Notes: generated from the letters alone by a model not told the origin. A DNA stretch of 64,000 nt from Eledone cirrhosa (GCA_964016885.1 OZ024741.1:241242001-241306000); one strand, 5' to 3'. Counted from the stretch's first letter, positions 39,418 to 53,088 are shown. Translations and numbers: made by a program.

Positions 39418-39718
39418 CATCATTTCATCATCATCATCATTTCATTTTACGTCCACTTTTCCCTGCTTGCAAGGGTGGGAGGGAATTGATGCTGGCTTGA
39501 TTTCTACAGCTGGATGCCCTTCCTAACACCAACCTCATTTACAGTGCTTTTTTGTCGTGGCACCTCCACGACCATCTCATTTCTACAGCTGAGTAAACTG
39601 GAGCAATGTGAAATAAAGTGTCTCGCTCAAGGAAACAACACATCACCCGGTCTGAGAATTGAACTCACAATCTTTTGATTGCAAGGCCAATGCTCTAACC
39701 ACTAAGCCATGTGCCTCC
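39418..39718 (-). mobile_element. SINE family 1 with small deletions
   Basis: Reverse-complement match to 57681-58033; TA-flanked. Confidence 0.85.
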
Positions 39719-39731
39719 ATATATATATATA

Positions 39732-40027
39732 ACCACTGTAAAGTAGTTGTGTAGGTGTCACGACAGAGGGCATCCACCCCACACTGTAAAGTGTCATGTA
39801 GGTATCACAACAAAAAGAACCCAGTACACACTGTAAAGCAGTCATGTAGGTGTCATGACAAAAAGCATCCAGTACACAGTGAAAATGTTGTTGGCGTTAA
39901 GAAGGGTATTCAGCTGTAGAAACTAAGCCAGAACCAGTTCTGATCAGACTTGTCTCACAATGGGGCAACTCTTTCCATGCAAGCTTGGAAAAATGGGTGT
40001 TAAATGGTGATGAGGATGATGATGATG

Positions 40028-40028
<1 letters not shown>
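39732..40028 (+). mobile_element. Old RTE 3' UTR with 3-4 copies of the ~47-bp internal unit
   Basis: CACTGTAAAG...TGTAGG units at ~39734, 39782 and 39829, then the tail and (GAT)n. Confidence 0.65.
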
Positions 40029-40071
<43 letters not shown>

Positions 40072-40230
40072 TGATTATATTATATAGAAATTACTTACAG
40101 GATTAGAATTGTTTTATTCATAAAAGTCATTTCTATATAAAATAAATATGTTTCTTCTCTTCTAACATATTGAGTACTCTATTTAAATCTGGTTTCTTTC
40201 TGATCCCATTTGGCAAACCATCCTTAAATA

Positions 40231-41158
40231 TATATATACTCGAATATAAGCTGACTAAAATATAAGCTGACCCCTATGTTATGCCTGAGAAATGGACAAA
40301 AATCCAAACCCCATTTATAAGCTGAAGCAGCTAATCAACTCTTTATGCTCCTGTTTTGAAAATCTCCTGAGTGGAGAAAATATTTACTAAGTTTTGATAT
40401 TTTGATATTTAAAATGTTTTAAGTACCATTTAGAGTATAGTTTTTGTTTCACAAATCTGCTAAGTAATGACTTTTTACCATTTCATCCATTTTATAAAGT
40501 TTCAATTTTCTTGAATTTTTGTTTACTTTCTGCTACTAAAATGCTGGGAGGATTTTGCTTTTTTTCTAAGCAGGCAATAGTGCATCTCCTGACTGTAACA
40601 GATTTTATTTAATATACACATTGAATGAAATGCGTACCATGAAAAACTTGGAAACAATTTAACATCGCACAAGTATTAAAGCTTTAGGTAGATTTTTTTT
40701 ACTGCAAGCAAGAGAGAGAGAGAGAGAGAGAGAGGAGAGATAGAGCAAGAAAAAGGGAGAGCAAGAACAAAAGAAGAGAGAGTGAGAGTGAAATAAAACA
40801 AAACAAGATTGAAAGAAAAAGTATAATTAAGTCACAGAGAAAAACAGTTGTTGCACTTGTGTTTATGTATGTGTGTGCATGTATATGTTCATGTGTAGGG
40901 GATATTTATGTATAAAAAAGTTCAAATAATAACATTTTATGGGAATGTTCTCAAGGCAATGCATAAATAAAACTCCTGAAGATGTAGGAAATGTAGAAAA
41001 ACAGTGTTTCATTGTGAAATAATCACTCCAGATATTTTAGCATCTTATTTATATAAAATTTGAAGTTGGTGAAAATTGTCAAAATATTGACACACTATAA
41101 GCTGACCATCGCCAATTTACCATTGATTTTTTCGGCGTATATTCTCGTATATACAGTA
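40231..41158. mobile_element. Degenerate Tc1/mariner-superfamily (pogo/Tc2-like) non-autonomous DNA transposon
   Basis: Left end TATATACTCGAATATAAGCTGA, right end TCGGCGTATATTCTCGTATATACAGTA (imperfect TIRs); repeated TATAAGCTGAC subterminal motif. Confidence 0.55.
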
Positions 41159-42065
41159 TGTCTTGAGGCCCCCTTTAATCATAAATAATCATAAGTTTGC
41201 ACTTGGAACGTTCCTCTCCAAAATATATGACTGGGAAAGTCTTTTTAATGAAGACCAGGAGTCACCCATTTGTATCAGCAAAGTTGTCCAAAAGCAAAGG
41301 CTGATGATACTGCTTAGAAGTAGTAATGTCACAACTCCTTTTTTTCCAGCTGAGTGGACTGGAGAAATGTGAAATAAAATGTTGTATTGAAGGACACATA
41401 CACAGCTAGGTCCACGAATCAAACCTATGACCTTATGATCAAAAGTTCAATGCTTTAACCAGTACGCTGCACACCTTCACACATACACGCATGTATACAC
41501 ACACACACACACATGTAATTGTACATTATATAAATATAGCATGCTATATATGGATTACAAATTAACTTGTAAAACATTGTGTTTGTATGTATGTATGATT
41601 ATATGTATTCACATATGCATGCATGTCTATATGTAGCTTATCATATCTATATATGTGTTTGCATGTGTGTGTGTATATATATATATACATATATATGTGT
41701 GTATGTGTATTTATATATAGACATACACACACATACGCTCATACCCACACACACTACACCACACACATGGATAAAACTGAAGGAAAGCTGAAGTTGAGAG
41801 AGAGAAGGACATATAGTTAGGCATGCAGTTCCCCTGTGTCTTTCCAAATATGGCCATCTTGAATATATAGACATATAGACAATGTACATGTCCATTGGGA
41901 GGTAACGGTCATGTTAGATTAATCTCTACTTCCATCTGTTCATCATCTCATACATATATCTCATCATTTTGTCATGTATCTCATCATTCTGTTTATATCT
42001 ACCTATCTGTCTATCTATCTATCTATCTATCTAAATCTATCTATCTATCTGTCTCAATCTCTTTC

Positions 42066-42111
<46 letters not shown>

Positions 42112-42348
42112 GTTAGGGAAGCAGAAAATTGCTTTTTGTGATCCCGTTCGGGGTTAAGAAAGCCAGTTTCTTGGACGGTTTCAACGTACAGTTAGGGGTA
42201 ACTCCACAAGTTTGTAAGAATTCCGTTCAATCTTGGAGTATAAAGTATAAAAGAGAAAACACAGGTAAGCATTAAGAGAAGGATTTTATCCAGGTATTTA
42301 TGACTGTTTCATTGGTAAGTATAACCTTATATTGCTATACTGCAAATA

Positions 42349-42410
<62 letters not shown>

Positions 42411-42555
42411 ATATATGTATGTATGTGTGTTAGTTAGGTAAGTAACTACAGTTGCAGGTGGCTCACCATTCGAAGCACTCAATCCTGTTTTGAGGTCCAT
42501 CTCGTGTTGTGTTGTATTCCAGAGTTAAGGTGGTTGTAGTGTGCAGTGTGTAAAT

Positions 42556-42894
42556 AGAGTAAGTAGAATCAAAGTCAGTGTTGCAGCATATGTACAAACT
42601 TAATTGACATATTACAATTATTTTGATATCGATCATCTCAGGGTACAATCATAATGACAAGGCCCAGATATTCTTCAACATCTTCTCAGATATGCAAGTT
42701 TATATGTGCACAGACACATCAAAAGTTTAGATGTATCTTTGCACATATAAACTCGCATATCTGAGGCGATGTCAAAGAAGAGTTGGGCCCTGTCATTGTG
42801 ATTGTACCCTGAGATGATTGATATTGAAACAATTGGAATATGTCAATGGAGTTTGTACATATGCTGCAATAGTGATTTTGACTCTTCTTACTCT
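42556..42894. repeat. Diverged ~165-bp-arm hairpin with a degenerate hammerhead in each arm
   Basis: Arms are reverse complements around ~42725; arm consensus CTGAGA-TGATCGATATC-GAAAC-AATT-GTA. Confidence 0.7.
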
Positions 42895-42911
42895 CTCTCT
42901 CTCTATGTGTA

Positions 42912-42940
<29 letters not shown>

Positions 42941-42943
<3 letters not shown>

Positions 42944-43111
42944 GGAAAAAGTATGACCCGACGGCAGAGCTCAAGCCGTTTTGACTGCTATTTCTGGACT
43001 AAAGTAAGAGTTTTTTGGGTTTAAAAAAAAAAAAAGAAAAACAAATTTCTTACTCCAGAAATAGCCATCGAAACGGCTTCAGCACTGCCGCCGGGTCATA
43101 CTTTTTCCTAT
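42941..43111. repeat. Inverted repeat, ~55-65-bp arms (PLE-like fragment)
   Basis: AGGAAAAAGTATGACCCG... versus ...CGGGTCATACTTTTTCCT. Confidence 0.75.
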
Positions 43112-43375
43112 TATCCACTCTACTACCCTAAGTATTGAGTACTCTGGTGCGTTATGGTCCATCTGGTTCCTTACCACAACTCCTTCGTTATATATATATA
43201 TATATATCATTAGCATCATCATTTGACATTCATTTTTCCTGCAAGCAAGGGATAGATTGACCATATATATGTCTGTGTGTATGTGTAGAATAGTTGTTTA
43301 AGTTGGGTAGAATACCTCTGGAGATGGGAAAATGGACAGAGACGCCTGTGAGAATTGAACCATGCATTACTCATT

Positions 43376-43427
<52 letters not shown>

Positions 43428-43430
<3 letters not shown>

Positions 43431-44034
43431 CAGGTCACCAGTTGGTGCTACTGGTAACATGTATCCCAGTACAACCTGTCTCATGGTCGGGTCGTTGGCG
43501 ACTAAACTGGCAACCCCACCAAGGTTTCTTGGTGAGGAGGGTGACTTTGGACATCCTGCAGGACTAAAAACAAAACCTGTCAAAGGGCAAAGGAGCTCTT
43601 AAGAGTCAATGGCCATCCAAAATCACCGGGAGAGATGACCCCTTAGCCTTTGTCAAGGCAGAATTCTAGGAGAAGGAAAACTCTGATATAACACCTGCAA
43701 CCCTGATGGTATCCAATGATGTTGACTTGTTCTTCTTTTTGGTAAATATCATCTTGGTTAAGAGAGTGGGACTGGCTTTGTGCAGTGCCTTTGCTCACTA
43801 TAAAAGCTTCACGGCACAGGCATTGCTTTATATCTGGAGATCTTTCTGCACTTGTCGCTACATGGTACCATGGGCCCAGCACTATGTGTCAATAATTGTC
43901 ACAGGTGTAGTGTTTGTACCAGAGTATTCAAGTCGCTGGCTGGACTAAAAAGTCATATTCGTTCAGCGCATCGGTAGGGGTTCTCCTAGATGGATATAAA
44001 GTATTGGCCGTACTCGAAAACGAGTTGGCAGCCA

Positions 44035-44037
<3 letters not shown>
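43428..44037 (-). mobile_element. ~610-bp RTE-5'UTR-like element (full copy)
   Basis: Near-identical reverse complement of 5552-6161; (TA)n on both sides. Confidence 0.7.
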
Positions 44038-44088
<51 letters not shown>

Positions 44089-44569
44089 TATGTATATATA
44101 TATATATATGTGTATATATATATATACTTGTATATATATATGTAATAAGTGGTTCAGTAGATTCGTGGTTTACTGCAGAAGGTACCAAAATCAGCACTTT
44201 ATGCTAAGGCAGAATATATAGATTAAAAACAAAGCAAGGTTTTACATTAAGGTCTTCATTGATTACACACTTATGACTGTTTCACATATGGGTGTCTCAG
44301 GATCTATATGCTATAGACCTGACTTCAGCCTTATCTACTCATGAGACTTGTTAATCAAGCAAAATAAAAATTGCATGTGGCTGCATCTTGTACGAAACGA
44401 TGTACACACACCTGCTAGCAAGGGTTGGGCGGGTCTACATAGGCCAAATCAGTACTGAAGTGGGGCTATTGATGTCCCAGACAGACCAAGGAGGTCAGTA
44501 TCCTGCTTATGTATGATCATTATTGAGTGCAGAGGAGAAGTTGTCTTGTCTTTTGAGGCAAACTGAAAG

Positions 44570-45890
44570 ATCCTCCTAATCTCTTGTTTGGCAAGCTTTC
44601 TATGGCTGAAAGCCCTTCTTAACACCAACCACTTTACAGTATGTACTGGGAGCTTTTATTGTATAGATCACCAGCCCTAAGGACAGTGTCATGTCCTCGA
44701 CATGTCTAAAGGATCCGCCCAACCCATTGTTTGGAAAACTTTCTATGGCTGGATGCCCTTCCTATTTCAACCACTTTATAGCGTGTACTGGGTGTGTTTA
44801 TTGTATAGATCACCAACACTAGAGAGGTTGTTGTGTCTTTGACACAACTGAAGGGTCTTCTCAACCCCTTTAGGCATGGTTTTTACAGTGAGATGCCCTT
44901 ACTGTTGCCAAACACCCATATGAAGTGTACCAGGTGCATTTTTGTGGCACCATCACTAAAAAGGTTGTTGGTCATAGACCCAATTGTAGAGCCCCCACAG
45001 CTCTGTGGAGGAGGAGATAGGGGATGGATATAGGTATGAAATTATAGGGGTTTGTGACGATGGGTAGGGTTGGTTGATTAGTGTATGGGGAGAGAGGATG
45101 TAGTGGTGTGGGGGATGTTCAATCGAGAAGGGAGTCATGGTGGAAATATAGAAAAAGGGGTAGTGAGAGGGTAAGGGGTGATAAGGGGCTGAACAAGAGG
45201 TAGAGAGAGTAGCTACTAGAGTGCAATAGTGAGGATATCTAAGGTCTTTAGAGGGGGTGGAGTGGTTTTGGAGGGAGCATGGGTGGTGAGGATAGATGGT
45301 GGGAGTGCTAGTGGGAGGGAGGGGGAATGGCTCATGGATAGGTCAGGTCATATTGTATGCCTGTGGCTGGGTCTTCATCATCACAGTATAGTGCCAGCAC
45401 CCTCAATCATTTGTAATCTCAGTTGTGAGGCTTAGTTTGTTAAGGTCGCTCTTCATTACCTCATCCTATGCCTTCCAGGATCTGCCTTTTCCTAGGGTTC
45501 CAGCAACTAAGATAGCTCTACATTTCTTTATACAGCTGCTATCCTCCATACACATCACATGTCCATACCAGTGCATGCTCCTCTCTTGCACTTTACATTC
45601 AGTTTCTCTTATGCCAAGTTTTCCACTCATTTCACTTATGCTACATCATTCATGCACACTAACATTACACATCCATCGAAGCATAGTCACTTCATTTCTC
45701 TTCAGCCTTCACAGGTCTTCTGTATTTAAAGCCCATGTTCCACTGCCATGTAGTATTGCAGTTCACATGCAGGCATCATATAGCTTACCCTTCACCTTGA
45801 GTGAGAAGCCCTTTGTTGACAGCAGAGGTAACAGCTCTCTAAACTTCTTCCAGCCTGTTCTGAGCCTGGCTATCACACTTTCAGTGTAAA
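44570..45890 (-). pseudogene. Older RTE LINE fragment (C-terminus and long 3' UTR)
   Basis: Minus strand of 45360-45890 has WKKFRELLPLL, LYDAC and WYGHVM-like motifs; degenerate tail motifs at 44600-44950. Confidence 0.7.
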
Positions 45891-45965
45891 TTGAAAAAAT
45901 GATAAACATCTTTAATCAGTTTTCAATTAACTTTATCATATGCTTCAGCTGCAAGCACACTTCTT

Positions 45966-46015
<50 letters not shown>

Positions 46016-46419
46016 TCTGATATCTATCTATCCATCCATCCATATATCACCATCATCATCATCATCATCATCGTTTAACGTCCATCTTCCACGCTTGCAT
46101 GGGTTTGGACGGGAGTTTTCCCACTTGAGGCAAGATATATATACATATATATATATAAAAAGAACAAAGATTAACAAAGATTTTAATGAAAGCATTTAAT
46201 TGATTTACAACCATTTTGTTAGACTTACAAGAATATTCCATTCCTGTTAGAATAGCTCCTCAGAACCGGTCAAATACAAATAAATAAATACCTTATATCA
46301 TATAGATCTCATTCTCTCTCTCTCTCTCTCTATAGATCTCTCAAGTGTTAAACTAATAAATTTCTTCCATATACTGTACCGTTGTTGTTTACCTTTACAT
46401 ACATACATCATACATACAT

Positions 46420-46602
46420 ACTCAGTGCTCCTTTGGGAGCCCCTACATGGACACACTAGAAGAGGAAGACCAAGGTTAACGTATGTTGATGCCCTAAGGA
46501 CAGACACTGGTCTGTTGGAGACGCAGGACATGGCAGCTATAATGAGGGACAGAGACCGCTGGAGAGAACTCGTCCATGGATCTCGGGAATTTTACCCGCC
46601 TT

Positions 46603-46604
<2 letters not shown>
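46420..46604 (+). mobile_element. 3' end of a different RTE family
   Basis: Translates to SVLLWEPLHGHTRRGRPRLTYVDALRTDTG...MRDRDRWRELVHG. Confidence 0.7.
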
Positions 46605-46632
<28 letters not shown>

Positions 46633-46639
<7 letters not shown>

Positions 46640-46856
46640 GCATGGAGGATGACCGGTGGGTTAAGAAGTGCCAAGAAATCGCAGTCGAAGGAAGATGCAG
46701 TAGAGGAAGACCACAAAAAACATGGGTGGAGGTGATGAGAGCAGACCTCAGATCGCTGAAACTCACGGAGGAGATGACGAAGGACCGTGACATGTGGAGA
46801 GATGCCATGCAAGCAGGGAAAAGCGGATGTAAAATGATGATGATGATGATGATGAT
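46633..46856 (+). mobile_element. RTE C-terminal fragment joined to the SINE family 1 type tail
   Basis: MEDDRWVKKC...RGRPQKTW...DRDMWR followed directly by TGCAAGCAGGGAAAAGCGGATGTAAAATGATGAT. Confidence 0.7.
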
Positions 46857-46911
46857 GGAACTAGCTGTTGAAACAGCAAGAGCTCAGCTGTCAGGTGCTG
46901 ACTCTTTATAT

Positions 46912-46978
<67 letters not shown>

Positions 46979-47043
46979 TATTTAATATAGAAATGGCTTC
47001 TACAGGACTAGAATTGTTTCATTCGGGAGAAATCATCATATAC

Positions 47044-47090
<47 letters not shown>

Positions 47091-47487
47091 CAGTATTGGT
47101 TTGTTTCTTTTATTTTCATACAAATACACAACTATAGTAGAGATGTGCTATGCTTTAATAGCTTGTTCAGAGTAAACTGGTTTATATCTTCATAGCTAAA
47201 TATTTGTGTGGTTGGGTTTATAGTTGATCATAAGTGATGTTTAAGTATTTGACTCACTGGTGATTATGTCTATTTGTAGAATTGTTTGAATGAAACCTTT
47301 AAGTATGAAGAAATAATGTTTATTCACACACATACCATCTCACACACACATACACTCACTCAGAAATACATACATGCACACATATATATACATATATACA
47401 CCTTTACATATGAGAATGAAATTTTGAAAGAGAGAGAGAAAATGTAGGTTATAAGTAATATGTAAAGAACTTTATTAAGAGAAAGTT

Positions 47488-47554
<67 letters not shown>

Positions 47555-47776
47555 TAGACACACACAGTAGAGAGGTGTATAGATAGCTATATAGACAAAT
47601 ATATAGACAGATAGGTCAGTAGGTAGAGAGATAGAGATAAATAGTGATAAACAGACAGACAGATAGACAGATAAATATATGGTTAGATAGATAAATATAT
47701 ATTCATAGACCCATATATTACTAGATAGATAGATAGATAGATCTTTAGATAGATGGACAGATAGATAGATAGATAT

Positions 47777-48152
47777 GTTTCTTTATTAGCCACAGGGGCA
47801 CAAAAGAAGGGGACAAATACAAAGGGGGAAGTTTACATACAATAAAAACGTGTAAAATGTTATCACAAATGCAATTAAAAAAATTAGTCGATTTTCCCCA
47901 ATAGGGGAGACAGTTCATATGGGTAACACATACCCCCGAAAAAATGTGCAACCCTCATCTCCAGGAGTACGAAGAGTTTGTACTCCTTTCCTCTCCTCCT
48001 CCTTTTCCTCAACCTACAGGCTCATATAGAGAGAAGGCCCATTCACTCGGGCCATTCTCGCCACTTTCACCCACCTTTCATAAAACTTGCTGGGGTACAG
48101 CACCTCTCTCTCCATCCTGATTCTTCTTCCAAAGTGGTATTTGAAAAAAAGA
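47777..48152 (-). mobile_element. Probable Tx1/L1-type LINE 3' end within a (GATA)n tract
   Basis: ORF end FFKYHFGRRIRMERE...FYERW...SL*; 3' UTR ending in AATAAA; (AGAT)n on both sides. Confidence 0.5.
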
Positions 48153-48155
48153 GAC

Positions 48156-48196
<41 letters not shown>

Positions 48197-49924
48197 TGAT
48201 AATAGGGCAAGAGATAGTGTAAGAGAAGCAACAGTGGCCATTGCAAGAATTTGCGTGCTGTTAACCAACTCATCAGTGTTATCAGTGTTGACAGTTCTCA
48301 TTCTTTGAACATTTGTGAAAGAAATAAATCTAAAATCTATTCCCACTGATAAAAACAACACGAACAACAACAACAACACCAACAATAACAAAATGTAATA
48401 TAATAGAAATAAAAAAGAAATAAAAAATATATAAATACATAAATAAATAAAAAGGAGAAGAGACACGCTAAAAGAATAAAACCAAAAATTGCCATCTTTG
48501 GGAAGAAGCAGGCAATGATAAAACGGTCACGACCATACTTGCAGTTCGTTCTAATCCATTTGATTCTGAAAATGTCTTTGCCACTACATTCTTTGTCATT
48601 TTATACAATAAACTTTCATGAAAGGTGGAAAATTCCCAGCAAATCCCTTGACTTTTACACAATTTATAACTTTTACTCTCTTTCTTCATTTTCTAACATT
48701 AACTAACCCTGTCCCCCCACCACCATGTCGCCCCACATACATATATATTTTCTTTGTTTTCTTCTTTTTTATTTCCTTCTTCTTCTTCTTCTTCTTCTTC
48801 TTCTTCTTCTCATGTAGAAAGTGAGTAGAACAACGGCAACAACAACATCAACAACAACAACAGCATCAACTATGAGTTTGCAGAGTTTAGAATCTCAGTG
48901 GTTTTCTGTCTAATGGAGATGAAATTCCATTTCTTCTGCCTCTTCTCCACTCTTACCAAACCTCTATCAATGTCAACATTGCAACACACACAACGTTGAC
49001 ATTCACTTTAAGATATTCTCCTTTTATTACTATATTTCACCCTACTCTTACTACTTCATCTACTTCACCTATACCACAACCAACACCACCACTATGGGCA
49101 CCACAAAAACTGCAACCAATGCAACCACTAACACTACCACAACTACCATAACCAGTGCTCCACCACCATCACCTCCACGGCACCCCCTCCACCATCAACA
49201 CCGCCTCCTCCACCATGGGCACCACAAAAACCACAACCAATGCCACCACTAACACTACCACAACTAACACCTCCCCCACCACAACTACCATCACCACCAA
49301 ATTTATCCATTTTTTTAATTAAATTTTTTTTCCATATTTTTTCAGAATCTTGTAAAAACTCTCTCGCCATACACACACACACACACACACATACACACAC
49401 ACACATACACAGTGAAATTCTGCTAAAACGAAATTCACGGGGTATGAAACAAAATTGGTTGCAACAAAAAATTCTTTATAACGAGATCACCCAAAACAAA
49501 TTGAGTGTTTGTTTATTACCTTTGAGATTGAAAAAATTTCATTACACTGAAAAATTTGTTATAATGTTATTCATTATAACGGAATTTTACCTGTATATAT
49601 ATATATATACACATATTTATATATATTCCATTTATGTTGTGTAGTTTACCAATGGGTAGATCTGGTCATAATGGCTAGTAGATCATAATGGATCATGAGT
49701 AAAGCACTCAACGTTATGCAAATCATCCATCATAGATGTGGTAAACTGTGGCTGGTGCAAGACCAGACTGAAAATATTTATTTAATGTTGAATATTTCCA
49801 GTCTGACCTTCTGTTGTTTTTTAAATAAAATATACATATCTGATTCTCATTTCGTCTTTTTTTTATAACGAAAAGGACTAAATTTCAAGCAACATTTGAA
49901 TGATTCAAATTCGCAGTTCACCTG

Positions 49925-50110
49925 AAACATTTGGCAGTATCAGTAGACGGTCGGAAGCCATGCTTTGCAACATAGAGTTACGGCCCTTTGCGGTCTGAGT
50001 TCAAATCCCACTGAGGTTAGCTTTGCCTTTCATCCTTATGGGATCGATAAAATAAAGTACCAGTAATGCACTGGGATAATTGCTAACCTTGTACCAAAAT
50101 AGAAACAATT
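49925..50110 (+). mobile_element. SINE family 2
   Basis: Matches 8717-8904. Confidence 0.85.
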
Positions 50111-50339
50111 ATTTGATGAAAGAAGATTGTGGTTCCTTTAATACTTTTCAATATATATTTGTCATATTTTCCTGAGTCAGTTTTTTTTGTTGCTTTGGTC
50201 ACTGCAGCTGGCTTATCGGTCGCTGTCTTCAATGTTATAACTCTAAGGTAAAATACCTTATTCAGTGTTTAGCTGCACATTCCGATTGCATTCATTAGCT
50301 TAGCTGCAGCCAGAGCTTTGATTATGCTGTACTTCCTTT

Positions 50340-50393
<54 letters not shown>

Positions 50394-50709
50394 AAGAGTC
50401 AGCTGAGCTCTTGATGTTTCAACAACTATAGAACTAGCTGTTGAAACAGTAAGGGCTCAGCTGTCAGGCCCCAAATCTTTCTAATATAGTCATACTCTAC
50501 TATCCCAAGTATTGAGTACTCTATTGAGTAATGGTCTAACTACTTTAAAACTGGTTCTATCCTGATATGTGTGTGTGTATGAATGTATATACAGTGTATT
50601 TTGCAATACACTGTATGCTTAATTAAAAGCATTTCGAAGACCTTACGGTATTGCTTTAGAGTAGTGACAGTCTCACTTACTTTAAATTTTCAGCAAACAG
50701 GGGAGGTAA

Positions 50710-50754
50710 AGCTGACAGAGCTCTGTTTCGTACTGATTAGTACTTATCAAAGCC
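50710..50754 (-). ncRNA. Hammerhead-like motif with variant core UUGAUAA
   Basis: GGCT-TTGATAA-GTACT-AATC-AGTAC-GAAAC-AGAGCTCT-GTC-AGCT; enclosed by a helix between ~50686-50705 and ~50760-50781. Confidence 0.55.
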
Positions 50755-50861
50755 AAGTACTCCACCTGTTTGCTGAAAATCATGAATGTTTGATTCTTAT
50801 AGAATTCTAGTAATAATCAGGAACTGATTATACAGAGTGGTTGCCGGTCAAGCAGAAATTA

Positions 50862-51087
50862 AAAATTAGAATTGGTGCTCTGAAATAGCGATATATATAT
50901 GAATGTATATATAATGTATTTTGCAATACACTGTATGCTTAATTAAAAGCATTTCGAAGACCTTACACTATTGTTTTAGAGTGTAAGGTCTTCAAAATGC
51001 TTTTAATTAAGCATACAGTGTATTGCAAAATACATTATATATACATTCATATATATATCACTATTTCAGAGCACCAATTCTAATTTT
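50862..51087. repeat. Near-perfect ~108-bp-arm hairpin made from a tandem partial copy of the 50580-50880 element
   Basis: Arms are reverse complements around ~50975; 50899-50980 repeats 50579-50660. Confidence 0.85.
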
Positions 51088-51294
51088 CATATATATATAT
51101 ATGGTATATTCTTTACCAATTTTGATGATGAGGATTCAGTTATTCAATCAACAGTGTAGGCAACTTGTGAATTAATGTGTAAATGGTTGAGTATTCCAAA
51201 CACATGTGTATCTTTAACACAACTCACAATCTGAGTCAGTGTGAGACAATATGTTGTTATGGTGCAAAAGATGACTGTGTAAAGGTATCTATCT

Positions 51295-52225
51295 AGTGGT
51301 GACAGTGTAGTATGACAGTGTTGTGACAGTGTGGTGTGTGACAGTATATTGAGTGACAGTGTAGTATGATAGTGTTGTGGCAGTGTAGCGTGTGACAGTA
51401 TAATGAGGGACAGTGTAGTATGTGACAGTATTGTGGCAGTGTAGTATGACAGTGTTGTGGCAGTGTAGTATGTAACAGTATATTGAGTGACAGTGTAGTA
51501 TGATAGTGTTATGGCAGTGTAGTGTGTGACAGTATAATGAGTGACAGTGTAGTATGATAGTGTTGTGGCAGTGTAGCGTGTGACAGTATAATGAGGGACA
51601 GTGTAGTATGATACTGTTGTGGCAGTGTAGCGTGTGACAGTATAATGAGGGACAGTGTAGTATGTGACAGTATTGTGGCAGTGTAGTATGACAGTGTTGT
51701 GGCAGTGTAGTATGTAACATTATATTGAGTGACAGTGTAGTATGATAGTGTTATGGCAGTGTAGTGTGTGACAGTATAATGAGTGACAGTGTAGTATGAT
51801 AGTGTTGTGGCAGTGTAGCGTGTGACAGTATAATGAGGGACAGTGTAGTATGATACTGTTGTGGCAGTGTAGTGTGTGACAGTATAATGAATGACAGTGT
51901 AGTATGACAGTGATGAGTGTGATAGTATAATGGGTGACAGTGTAGTATGACAGTATTGCAACAGTGTAGTGTGTAACAGTATAATGGACAACTGGGTAGT
52001 GTGAAAGTGTTGTGTGTGAGAGTGTAATGAAAGCATAATGGGTGACAGTGTAGTCACAGTGTAGTGGCAGTATAATGGGTGACAGTGTAGTCACAGTGTA
52101 GTGGCAGTGTAATGGGTGACAGTGTAGTCACAGTGTAATTAAAGTATAATGGGTGACAGTGTAGTGGCAGTGTAATGGGTGGCAGTGTAGTCACAGTGTG
52201 GTGACAGTATATTGACAGTGTAGTG
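51295..52225. repeat. Hierarchical minisatellite built on GACAGTGTAGT motifs (~242-bp higher-order block)
   Basis: The block starting at ~51481 recurs at ~51723. Confidence 0.85.
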
Positions 52226-52584
52226 TGTGCTTGTATTGGAGAATGGTTGGGGATAATGGTAAAAATGATGATGATGAAAGTAGTAATAGTGTTAGATTTT
52301 ATGGAGGTGGTGGAAGTGTTGGGGAAGATGATGTTATTTGTGGTGAATATGAGAGATGAAGTGGAGGTGGCTGTAACTGGTGTAGGTAATGGTGGTGGTA
52401 TATATGCAAGAAAGTGGTGGTATAGTATACTCAAAAGAAGATAGCAGTTGTGGTGTTGTTGGTGGTGATCATGGTGGTGGCGTTATATATATATATGAGA
52501 AAATGTGGTGATACTGATGGTCAAAATGAGATGTTAGTAGTGGCGGTAGTGGTGGTATATATGACAGTGGTGGTGCTATTGGTG

Positions 52585-52616
<32 letters not shown>

Positions 52617-52624
52617 CCAGCGAA

Positions 52625-52790
52625 CCTTCAACCGTCAAGGTTGTTTTTCTACGGGCATGTCAACATTTATAAAACAAATTTTGTATTTTATCTGATGAAA
52701 GTGCACCAAAACTGCCTTGGTTGCCCTTGAAATATATATAATAAAATAATTATGGTTATATAAATATAGTTTCCATTTATTAATATATTG
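52625..52790 (+). mobile_element. Solo PLE terminal-repeat fragment with a hammerhead (52684-52748)
   Basis: Matches 13843-14010; TATTTTAT-CTGATGA...GAAATATATATA-ATAAAATA. Confidence 0.8.
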
Positions 52791-52875
52791 TATATATATA
52801 TATAATAAAAAAGAAAATTTCGCTCTACATGGCTGAATACAATAAATGTAATCTGAGATTTTTGAATATTAATAA

Positions 52876-52969
52876 TTGTTTCTACGTTAGGCACAAGGCC
52901 AGCAATTACCTAGTGTATTACTGGTACTTTATTTTATCGACCCCGTAAGGATGAAAGGCAAAGTCAACC
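52876..52969 (-). mobile_element. SINE family 2, 5'-truncated, with target-site duplication
   Basis: ATTTTTGAATATTAATAAT duplicated at ~52858 and ~52970. Confidence 0.85.
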
Positions 52970-53088
52970 ATTTTTGAATATTAATAATAACATTCGATTC
53001 GTTTGCAATTATGCAAACAAGCCTCAATTTTATAGCCATGTCAGTAGAATGAACACTTCATTCTTGCTCTTGTGTTGGCATGCAAACA

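Noticed and set aside
51289-52094. Cys/His-rich repetitive ORFs resembling zinc fingers
   Set aside because: Products of the GACAGTGTAGT minisatellite; no C2H2 spacing or linkers
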